Of a stretch of DNA of 14,156 bases, positions 7,268 to 14,156 are shown piece by piece. The notes below the pieces were generated by a model, which was given only the letters and a program-made list of their open reading frames with translations, made no database searches and was not told where the DNA came from. The DNA is from Sulfurimonadaceae bacterium (GTDB taxonomy: Bacteria; Campylobacterota; Campylobacteria; Campylobacterales; Sulfurimonadaceae). A program made the translations under genes and the position numbers. How positions within the stretch are numbered: the first letter of the stretch is position 1; each line of letters begins with the position of its first letter. The DNA is taken from contig JBFEXS010000057.1 of the NCBI GenBank assembly GCA_041562555.1, positions 1-14,156 of the forward strand, in the 5' to 3' direction.

Positions 7268-7858
7268 ACGCCAGTGTTTAAAGTAAGCGACAAGGCGTAA
7301 ACTTGTAGCCAAAATGGCGATAATAGCAATACTGAACTCATTCAAAAATCCATATCTATTACAGCAAAAGAGAAGCAAGGCGACTAAAAGAGCGATAGAG
7401 CCATAAAAGTCCGTGACTAAAACAGCAGGGACTTGGTTGATAAGTGTGTCGCGGATCAGTCCGCCGCCCACTGCCGTTAAAAAACTCAAAATGACTACGC
7501 CAAAGATATTGAAGTTGGCCTCCAAGGCCAAAAGTGCACCGGTGATACTAAAGGCCACAAGTCCTATAGTGTCCGAGATAACAAAGACAAACTTACGTTC
7601 AAGTTCCTCTTTTTTATAGAGTTGAAAGAGGCTGGAAAGAAATAATACGATCAGTACGGTCGTAGCCGGATAGTATTCTCTGAAGGTAAAGGGTGTGGTG
7701 TTTAAGATGACATCACGTACAATACCTCCGCCCAGGGCAGTTAGAAAAGAAGCGACGAGTACGCCCAATAAGTCCAACTTGTTTCGAACAGCGACCAAGT
7801 ATCCACTGATCGCAAAGGCAATAATGCCGATAAGATCGGCGATAAAGAAAAGATCCAA
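7247..7858 (-). CDS. TRIC / UPF0126 (YadS/YicG-like) membrane protein
   Basis: Two internal repeats (D-x-IG-x-x-AF ... LTA-x-GGG-x-x-RD) and about 7 hydrophobic segments. TTG start 1 nt after the upstream stop. Confidence 0.92.
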   Translation of the reverse strand: MDLFFIADLIGIIAFAISGYLVAVRNKLDLLGVLVASFLTALGGGIVRDVILNTTPFTFREYYPATTVLIVLFLSSLFQLYKKEELERKFVFVISDTIGLVAFSITGALLALEANFNIFGVVILSFLTAVGGGLIRDTLINQVPAVLVTDFYGSIALLVALLLFCCNRYGFLNEFSIAIIAILATSLRLVAYFKHWRLPKVQK

Positions 7859-7859
7859 T

Positions 7860-8387
7860 TTAGTCCTTATACTCGTCTTTAAATGCTACATAACGTTTGG
7901 CGGACGCATAGAGCTCAAGTACTTCCTCTTCAGTGAGTTCACGTACCAGCTTGGCGGGAGTACCCATGATCAGTGAGCGGGGAGGGAAAACCTTGTTTTT
8001 GGTCACCAAAGCACCTGCACCGACGATGGACTCTTTGCCGATCACTGCACCATCTAATATCGTAGCACTCATACCGATCAAACAAGCATCTTCGATCGTA
8101 CATCCGTGAAGCATGACTCTATGACCTATGGTAACGTCGTTACCAATGACGGTGGGATTCCCGTCACTCATGTCTTCTCGTTTATAGTGAGTGACATGGA
8201 TCATGCTGAGATCCTGGATATTGGTACGATCTCCGATCGTGATGTAATGTACATCCCCTCGTACGACACAACCAAACCAGATCGAAACATCTTCCCCCAT
8301 GGTGACATTTCCGACAATATCGGCAGAGGGGGCTATCCATGTGTTTTGGCCTGATTGGGGCGAGTATTGTTTAAAAGGATAGAGCAT
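7860..8387 (-). CDS. Gamma carbonic anhydrase family protein (YrdA-like left-handed beta helix)
   Basis: IAPSADIVGNV, VRGDV, TNIQD, IH and GHRVMLHGC (Zn-ligand histidines), hexapeptide repeats, G-x-PAK-x-x-R. Confidence 0.93.
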   Translation of the reverse strand: MLYPFKQYSPQSGQNTWIAPSADIVGNVTMGEDVSIWFGCVVRGDVHYITIGDRTNIQDLSMIHVTHYKREDMSDGNPTVIGNDVTIGHRVMLHGCTIEDACLIGMSATILDGAVIGKESIVGAGALVTKNKVFPPRSLIMGTPAKLVRELTEEEVLELYASAKRYVAFKDEYKD

Positions 8388-8388
8388 C

Positions 8389-10482
8389 TCAGCTCTCTTT
8401 ATACAGGCGCGATGCCATCTGCTGGACGTAGTTGGGGCTCTCTTTTTTAAATGCCTTGTAATTTTTTTCCGTGTGAGTCTCGATCAGGCGCTGGTTGTTG
8501 ATGATACGCGTCTTGTCCATAGGGACTTTGACGTAACCTCCATCACTCTTCAATTCGTAGGCAAGCACATTGTCATTGCATTGCAGCTGCAAGATCTGAA
8601 GGAGCTTTGAAGCAGCACGTTCGTCATTGACCCCGGTCAATAGTTCGATACGACGAATAAGATTACGTGGCATCCAGTCAGCACTCGAGATGTAAAGTTG
8701 AGGTGTCGCATGCTTAAAATAGAAAATACGGGCATGCTCAAGATATTTTCCAATAATGGAGATCACGCGAATATTTTCACTGAGTCCGGGGATTCCCGGA
8801 CGTAGACAACAGATTCCTCGAACGATCAATTCCACTTTAACACCGGCTTGGGAAGCTTTGTAAAGGGCACGAATAACATCTTCATCCACCAAAGAGTTGA
8901 CCTTGACCATGATGTGGCCTTTGTCTTTCATCTTCGTCTCATTTTGAATCATAGACAAAAGTTTCGGTTTCATCTGAGTCGGTGCCATATACAGGGTGTT
9001 GAGTTTTCCCTTTTTAGAAAACCCTGTAAGAAAATGAAAAAAACGTGTGACATCATTGGTGATCGTTTCATTTGAAGTCAGATACGAGATATCAGTGTAT
9101 ATCTTTGCAGTGGTAGCATTATAGTTACCGGTACCGATGTGGGCATATTGTTTCAGTGTGTCACCGACTTTTTTAGTGATCAGGGCAGCTTTCGCATGCA
9201 CCTTGAATCCTTTGATACCAAAGATTACATGGGCACCGGACTGTTCCAACTGTTTTGCCCAGATCAGGTTGTTCTCTTCATCAAAACGTGCTTTGAGCTC
9301 AACCATAACGGTGACTTGTTTACCTGATTCAGCTGCAGCTGTAAGGGCATTGACGATAGGTGAGTTCGCACCGGCACGATAAAGTGTCATACGGATAGCG
9401 AAGACATCCGGGTCCTTGGCCGCTTGCTGGATCAGCTTCATGATGGGATCGAAGCTTTCATAAGGGTGGTAGAGAACGACATCTTGTTTGTCCAGCACGG
9501 AAAAGATGTTTTCATTGGAATCAAGCGGTGGCAGGTTACGTGGCTTATAGGTTGGCAATACAAGATGCGCATAGTTTTTATTGCCGACAATCTGCCATAA
9601 TGAGCCGAGGTTCAGCCAGGTACTAAAATAGTAGATATCTTCTTTGAAGACATTGGTATGGCGGTTAAAGAAGTTGATCAAGTCCTCATCTGCATGGGCA
9701 CCTAACTCAAGACGGACCATCTCCCCGCGTTTACGCAAGCGAAGCCCCTCTTCAAGAATCTCCATAAAGTCATCGGCCTCTTCTTCTTCAATGGTGATGT
9801 CGGCATTTCTTGTCACACGGAAAGAGGAATATTTACAGAGCGTATAGCCGGGGAATAGTTCAGATATATGTTCTGCAACGATCTCTTCGATCGGTACGTA
9901 TATACCATGCTCCAGTTCAATAAACCGAGGCAGCATACGTGGAATGCGGACCAAACCATAGCGGAGTTCTGACGTGTCGTTATCCGTTAGTTGGACGATC
10001 AATCCAAAACTTAGATTGTTCAGATGCGGGAAGGGATGTGTTGCATCAACGGCAATAGGAACGATTACTGGATAGATGTGACTTGCAAAATATTCATCGA
10101 GTTCACGTTTTTCTTTGGGTGTGACCTCTTTATACTCTTTGATAAAAAGGTTCTCTTTCTCCAGTTCTTTGAAAATATTGATGAGCGTGTATTCAACGAC
10201 CTGTTTTTCCTGATGCAGATACTTTCGTATTTCACGAAGCTGCTGCAGGGGAGTGAGTCTTTCTGCTCCGGAGACAATGACACCGGCGGTAAAAAGTTTT
10301 TTCAACCCGGCAACACGGATCATATAGAACTCATCCAGATTTGTTCCGTAGATGGCAAGGAACTTAAGTCTCTCAAGAAGTGGTCTGGACTCGTCTTGTG
10401 CCTGATGAAGAACACGAGTATTGAACTGTAACCAGGAGAGTTCGCGGTTAATATAATATTTCGGGTCTTTTAGATTGTGCAT
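8389..10482 (-). CDS. ppk1: Polyphosphate kinase 1
   Basis: NRELSWLQFN, NLDEFYMIRVAGL, HPFP, HPYESF, TLYR, VELKARFDEENN, KVHAK (phospho-His), GTGNYN, LEHARI, SADWMPRN. Start placed at ATG 10482 (GGA RBS; downstream of the -10 at 10518-10523). Confidence 0.97.
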   Translation of the reverse strand: MHNLKDPKYYINRELSWLQFNTRVLHQAQDESRPLLERLKFLAIYGTNLDEFYMIRVAGLKKLFTAGVIVSGAERLTPLQQLREIRKYLHQEKQVVEYTLINIFKELEKENLFIKEYKEVTPKEKRELDEYFASHIYPVIVPIAVDATHPFPHLNNLSFGLIVQLTDNDTSELRYGLVRIPRMLPRFIELEHGIYVPIEEIVAEHISELFPGYTLCKYSSFRVTRNADITIEEEEADDFMEILEEGLRLRKRGEMVRLELGAHADEDLINFFNRHTNVFKEDIYYFSTWLNLGSLWQIVGNKNYAHLVLPTYKPRNLPPLDSNENIFSVLDKQDVVLYHPYESFDPIMKLIQQAAKDPDVFAIRMTLYRAGANSPIVNALTAAAESGKQVTVMVELKARFDEENNLIWAKQLEQSGAHVIFGIKGFKVHAKAALITKKVGDTLKQYAHIGTGNYNATTAKIYTDISYLTSNETITNDVTRFFHFLTGFSKKGKLNTLYMAPTQMKPKLLSMIQNETKMKDKGHIMVKVNSLVDEDVIRALYKASQAGVKVELIVRGICCLRPGIPGLSENIRVISIIGKYLEHARIFYFKHATPQLYISSADWMPRNLIRRIELLTGVNDERAASKLLQILQLQCNDNVLAYELKSDGGYVKVPMDKTRIINNQRLIETHTEKNYKAFKKESPNYVQQMASRLYKES

Positions 10483-10517
10483 AGTTATTCCATAAAAGGT
10501 TGTTAAAAAAGTCATTC

Positions 10518-10562
10518 ATTATATCCAAAAATTATTTTGTGTCTCTTATATCTGGATATAAT
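10518..10562. promoter_or_regulatory. Divergent promoter pair: identical TGGATATAAT elements on opposite strands serving ppk1 and the orphan gene
   Basis: ATTATATCCA at 10518-10527 and TGGATATAAT at 10553-10562 are exact reverse complements. Each TATAAT lies about 32-35 nt from its start codon. Confidence 0.6.
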
Positions 10563-10594
10563 ACCCCTCAAATATCACAAATAAAGGGTGTCAA

Positions 10595-11365
10595 ATGATG
10601 ATGAGACGTGTTCTTGTTTATGGATTTTTAATCTTATTATTGTCAGCTGCAACGTACTTAGTGTCAAACGATTTTTTTGATAGGTCCCATACTGTAGCCC
10701 AATCAATTAAAAGTGGTGCGCCTAATATAGAAGATAATTGGAGTCTAGAAGAGTATAACCTGTTTTATGACTATTTAGCAGCTTTACCAGATGATGTTGA
10801 CTATCCAATGCTAGATAGTGAAAAATCGAAGGATATTTTTAGGAATTTTATTGAGTCCACACTCAGTAGACCACAAGTTGCAGTCGATCTCTTTATTCAA
10901 ATGAGGGATATGGCTAGCCTACAGAATGTTTGCAATAAGATTTTGAATAAGTATTCTGAAAAAGGTGTTGAAAATAAAAAATATAGTGATGAATTAGCTC
11001 ATATTTATGGGATACAAATAAAAATAGCATTGGATATGTTAAAAGTGTCATATAAAGTGATTACAAACATGGATGTGAAGGACCCTGCATATTCACAAAA
11101 TGCAAAAGGCTTATATTATTTGCGAAAAAGCTCATCGATTTATATTTCAAATGCTGTAAAACTTATTAGTAATTCACGCAATTTACAAAAGAATAGAATT
11201 CTTCATAAATATTTAAAAGAATATGGATTGGAATCATTTTCATATATGGGGCCAGAATTGAGAGATCGCATGAAACAAAAAATATTAGAAGAAAAAACAA
11301 AGGATAAATATACTAAAGAAGTTCTTGAATATATTGTTAATAATATGAAAACTATTAAAGCGTAG
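10595..11365 (+). CDS. Hypothetical exported or membrane-anchored protein, AT-rich
   Basis: 256-aa ORF with AAGGG RBS and three tandem ATGs (exact start uncertain). N-terminal MRRVLVYGFLILLLSAA signal/anchor. I recognise no family motif. Confidence 0.8.
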   Translation: MMMRRVLVYGFLILLLSAATYLVSNDFFDRSHTVAQSIKSGAPNIEDNWSLEEYNLFYDYLAALPDDVDYPMLDSEKSKDIFRNFIESTLSRPQVAVDLFIQMRDMASLQNVCNKILNKYSEKGVENKKYSDELAHIYGIQIKIALDMLKVSYKVITNMDVKDPAYSQNAKGLYYLRKSSSIYISNAVKLISNSRNLQKNRILHKYLKEYGLESFSYMGPELRDRMKQKILEEKTKDKYTKEVLEYIVNNMKTIKA

Positions 11366-11372
11366 AGAGTGT

Positions 11373-13355
11373 TTAGAGTTTCTTTATTTTAGAAATTTCA
11401 TCTCGTAATCTGGCTGCTTCCTCAAATTCCAGTAGTTTGGCGGCCTGCTTCATCTTGGCATTGAGTTCATCCAGCAACTTTTTACGTTCACGTGCAGGCA
11501 TCTTTTCTGCTTTCTTGCTTTTGTTGTAGAGTTCACCTGTGTCATCAAGCTTGAGGTTCTCATCAAGTTTCCGGATGACCGTTTTTGGAGTGATACCATG
11601 GGCTTTGTTGTACTCTTCCTGGAGTTCTCTGCGCTGCATTGTAATATCCATCGCATTTTGCATCGACTTGGTGATTTTATTGGCATATAGGATCACCCGG
11701 CCTTCTGCATTTCTTGCGGCACGTCCCATAGTCTGGATTAGGGCTGTCTCAGAGCGTAAAAAACCCTCTTTGTCTGCATCCAGAATAGCGATGAGACTGA
11801 CCTCAGGAAGGTCGAGCCCCTCACGCAGGAGATTGATACCGATAAGGACATCGAACTCTCCCTGTCGGAGCCCCCGAATGATTTGGTTACGTTCAATCGC
11901 ATCGATGTCGGAGTGCATATACTGCACCTTAATACCAAGGTCGGCTAGATATTTGCTCAGAGCCTCGGACATCTTTTTGGTCAGAGTCGTGACAAGCACA
12001 CGCTCATCTTTGGCAATGATCTTTTTGATCTCATCATGTAGATCCTCGACTTGATTGTCTGAACTTTTGACCTCAATAAGCGGATCAAGTAGACCGGTCG
12101 GGCGAATGATCTGATGAGCAACTTCCGAAGAGAGCTCGAGCTCCAGTTCGTTGGGTGTTGCGGAGACAAACAGATAATAGGGGGCCTTGTTAATAAACTC
12201 ATCAAACTTGAAAGGACGGTTGTCCAGAGCAGAAGGCAGACGAAAACCATACTCGACAAGGACCTCCTTCCGGGAACGATCCCCCGCGTACATCCCTCGA
12301 AACTGTGGAAGGGATACATGGGACTCATCTACGATGACTAGGTACTCTTTATGACGCTGGGCGAAATAGTCCAAGAGCGTAAAAGGTGCTTCCCCCTCTT
12401 TTTTGTCGGTGAGATGTCGGGAATAGTTCTCTATTCCTTTACACATACCGGTGGCTTCTAGCATCTCCAGATCAAATTCCGTACGTTGTTTTATACGCTG
12501 ATATTCAACGGCTTTTTCTTCTTTTGAAAAGTAGTTCAGACGTTCATCCAGCTCTTTTTCAATACGCTTGATGGCGCGAGCCAGTTTCTCGTTTCCGACG
12601 GCAAATTGACTGGTGGCATAAACGGTCACCTTGTTGAAACTTTCGATTTTCTTGTTTTCGAGGACGTCAATACTGTAGATCGCATCCACTTCATCCCCAA
12701 AAAACTCGACCCGAATGGCCTCTTCCTCATGATAGGCTGGAAAGATATCAATGACATCACCGGAGACCCTGATATTCCCGCGATCGAAAAAGTTGTCGTT
12801 TCGACTGTAGCCCATCTCGACCAGACGCAATAGAAGCTGTTTTTGATTGATCTCATCACCGATGGCTAAGACCTGTACCATCTTCACATACTCTTCCGGG
12901 TCACCCAGTCCGTAATTGGCAGAGACAGAAGCGACACAGATGACATCATCATAAGAAAGCAGGTTGGCAGTAGCAGAGAGACGAAGCCGCTCGAGCTCCT
13001 CATTGATCGAGGAATCTTTCTCTATAAAGAGATCTTGTCTCGGTATATACGCTTCGGGCTGATAGTAGTCATAATAGGAGATGAAATATTCAACATGGTT
13101 ATTAGGGAAGAAGCCCTTGAACTCGGAATAGAGCTGGGCAGCCAAAGTCTTGTTGTGGGTCATGATAAGTGTCGGCATCTGAAGTGTCTGTATGGTCTGC
13201 GCCATGGTATAGGTCTTACCTGAACCGGTCACACCTACTAGGGTCTGATAACGGTTTTTGGCTTGGATACTATTGGTAAGTACTTTAATAGCTTCGGGCT
13301 GATCCCCGGAGGGTTGATATTCGGAATTAAGTTCGAAATAGGCATTTTTACTCAC
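11373..13355 (-). CDS. uvrB: Excinuclease ABC subunit B
   Basis: P-x-[12 protein letters not shown] (Walker A), [20 protein letters not shown] beta-hairpin, [21 protein letters not shown]-terminal UVR domain. AAGGAGG RBS before the GTG start. Confidence 0.99.
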   Translation of the reverse strand: MSKNAYFELNSEYQPSGDQPEAIKVLTNSIQAKNRYQTLVGVTGSGKTYTMAQTIQTLQMPTLIMTHNKTLAAQLYSEFKGFFPNNHVEYFISYYDYYQPEAYIPRQDLFIEKDSSINEELERLRLSATANLLSYDDVICVASVSANYGLGDPEEYVKMVQVLAIGDEINQKQLLLRLVEMGYSRNDNFFDRGNIRVSGDVIDIFPAYHEEEAIRVEFFGDEVDAIYSIDVLENKKIESFNKVTVYATSQFAVGNEKLARAIKRIEKELDERLNYFSKEEKAVEYQRIKQRTEFDLEMLEATGMCKGIENYSRHLTDKKEGEAPFTLLDYFAQRHKEYLVIVDESHVSLPQFRGMYAGDRSRKEVLVEYGFRLPSALDNRPFKFDEFINKAPYYLFVSATPNELELELSSEVAHQIIRPTGLLDPLIEVKSSDNQVEDLHDEIKKIIAKDERVLVTTLTKKMSEALSKYLADLGIKVQYMHSDIDAIERNQIIRGLRQGEFDVLIGINLLREGLDLPEVSLIAILDADKEGFLRSETALIQTMGRAARNAEGRVILYANKITKSMQNAMDITMQRRELQEEYNKAHGITPKTVIRKLDENLKLDDTGELYNKSKKAEKMPARERKKLLDELNAKMKQAAKLLEFEEAARLRDEISKIKKL

Positions 13356-13387
13356 TAAACCCTCCTTAAGTGTTTTACAATGGCGAA

Positions 13388-13396
13388 ATTATAGCC
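13388..13396 (-). promoter_or_regulatory. Putative proximal uvrB -10 element (GGC-TATAAT)
   Basis: Consensus TATAAT on the minus strand at 13393-13388, 32 nt before the uvrB GTG. Confidence 0.55.
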
Positions 13397-13513
13397 AAGT
13401 CAGACCATAGCTGTCATGTTTACCGTGAAATTACGGTTTTGTCCTGTTTTTGACGGATTGAATGCATAAGAACATCTTGTAATAAAAAAGACGTTGCCTT
13501 TTAGAATAAATAG

Positions 13514-13522
13514 TGTTAGAAT
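13514..13522 (+). promoter_or_regulatory. Putative extended -10 (TGT-TAGAAT) for the zapB-like/zapA-like genes
   Basis: TGTTAGAAT ends 33 nt before the ATG at 13556. Confidence 0.5.
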
Positions 13523-13555
13523 TATAGCAATTAATATCAGAAGAGAAATAGAATA

Positions 13556-13777
13556 ATGATGAATATAATTGAACAATTAAACAGTAAAATAGATTCGATG
13601 GTATCACGTTATGATGCCTTAAAAGAAGAGAATGAGGCTTTACGCCATGAACTTGTCAGTGTCAAGGCGCAAAACGAAGCAAAAGATGTGGCAATACAGA
13701 AGCTTGAGGAAGAGAATGCTTCCAAAGATATAGAGATAGAAGAGATCGTCAAAAAAATAGAGGAAGCCTTAGGATAG
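13556..13777 (+). CDS. Small coiled-coil protein, ZapB-like
   Basis: 73 aa, continuous heptad pattern (IEQLNSKIDSMV ... LKEENEALRHEL ... LEEEN ... IEEIVKKIE). Length and layout resemble ZapB. Confidence 0.6.
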   Translation: MMNIIEQLNSKIDSMVSRYDALKEENEALRHELVSVKAQNEAKDVAIQKLEEENASKDIEIEEIVKKIEEALG

Positions 13778-13781
13778 ATAT

Positions 13782-13994
13782 ATGAGTAAAAAGATAACAT
13801 TAACCGTCAACGGTAGCCGATTTGATATCGACCTGGAAGATTCGTTCGCTACATATATGGAAAAAGACCTTGATGAGAGCTTCAATGTGCATGGCAATAA
13901 CGAGATCAAGGCACTGCTTCAGGCCTATGTCAAAAAGAATTATGAACTGTTCCAGGCAGAGCAGATGCTCAATAATACCTTAAAGAAAATGTAA
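13782..13994 (+). CDS. Small protein, ZapA-like
   Basis: N-terminal beta-hairpin pattern KITLTVNGSRFDI followed by two helices, the second amphipathic. AGGA RBS lies inside the end of the upstream gene. Confidence 0.55.
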   Translation: MSKKITLTVNGSRFDIDLEDSFATYMEKDLDESFNVHGNNEIKALLQAYVKKNYELFQAEQMLNNTLKKM

Positions 13995-14017
13995 ACGAAC
14001 AGTAAACCCGGAATTAA

Positions 14018-14038
14018 CCCTGTTCAGGGAGTTTTCTT
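14018..14038 (+). terminator. Weak candidate intrinsic terminator after the zapA-like gene
   Basis: CCCT-GTTC-AGGG hairpin followed by AGTTTTCTT. The stem is short. Confidence 0.25.
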
Positions 14039-14050
14039 AAGGTAACAACA

Positions 14051-14083
14051 TTAAGTTCTCCATAAGTAAAAGTGATGTACACT
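14051..14083 (+). promoter_or_regulatory. Putative promoter of the prepilin gene (TTAAG ... TACACT)
   Basis: TTAAG at 14037 and 14051, ATAAG at 14062, and a TACACT -10-like hexamer at 14078-14083. Confidence 0.4.
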
Positions 14084-14132
14084 GCTTGTAAGGTTACTAG
14101 AGTGACCCAATTTTTATACAAAGGAGTAAAAC

Positions 14133-14156
14133 ATGAAAAAAGGTTTTACTATGATC
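14133..14156 (+). CDS. N-terminus of a prepilin-type protein (type IV pilin / T2SS pseudopilin), truncated by the window edge
   Basis: AAGGAG RBS at 14121-14126, then MKKG|FTMI, matching the class III signal peptide G|F-T-x-x-E. The Glu at +5 would be the next codon, outside the window. Confidence 0.85.

Noticed and set aside
10483..10515. 11-aa N-terminal extension of Ppk1 (MTFLTTFYGIT) in the ORF track
   Set aside because: ATG 10515 has no RBS and lies upstream of the predicted TSS (~10511). ATG 10482 has a GGA RBS and directly precedes the conserved Y-x-NRELSWL.
11539..12054. 171-aa antisense ORF in uvrB, and similar ORFs at 5502-5957, 4760-5062, 10024-10431, 1525-1887 and 1781-2080
   Set aside because: They lie wholly within well-supported genes on the other strand, carry no recognisable motif, and look like codon-bias shadows.
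13395..13450. Partial resemblance to a c-di-GMP-I (GEMM) riboswitch on the minus strand (GGACAAAACCGT...GCTATGGTCTGA)
   Set aside because: No GNRA tetraloop on that strand, no GACGCAAA junction and no closing P1 stem. An Infernal search would settle it.
13995..14132. 6S RNA, which often follows zapA
   Set aside because: Only 138 nt, largely taken up by the prepilin promoter and RBS, with no long self-complementary rod visible.
1..14156. CRISPR arrays, tRNA/rRNA genes, IS elements, integrases or defence systems
   Set aside because: No repeat-spacer periodicity, cloverleaf, terminal inverted repeats with a transposase, or nuclease/recombinase motifs seen. Nearly all the sequence is accounted for by the listed CDSs.

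Overview
Core chromosomal region of a Campylobacterota (epsilonproteobacterial) bacterium. The lineage is inferred from the rpmB-K+ channel linkage, protein styles and TGn/GnTATAAT-type promoters. Gene order: 5'-truncated GGDEF(degenerate)-EAL protein (+); a minus-strand unit of HDOD protein, STAS-REC-like-STAS-CheX fusion and a small membrane protein; rpmB, an RCK-gated K+ channel and argJ (+); an M23 peptidase whose N-terminal anchor lacks a canonical in-frame start (+); ppk1, a gamma-carbonic-anhydrase-family gene and a TRIC/YadS gene (-); an AT-rich orphan (+); uvrB (-); ZapB-like and ZapA-like genes (+); and the first 8 codons of a prepilin. I saw no RNA genes, CRISPR arrays, transposases or integrases. 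Best leads: the HDOD/STAS-CheX signalling module, an internal start in the K+ channel gene, the broken M23 start, and the low-GC orphan with its mirror-image promoter. All calls come from motif reading by eye; no database searches were run.
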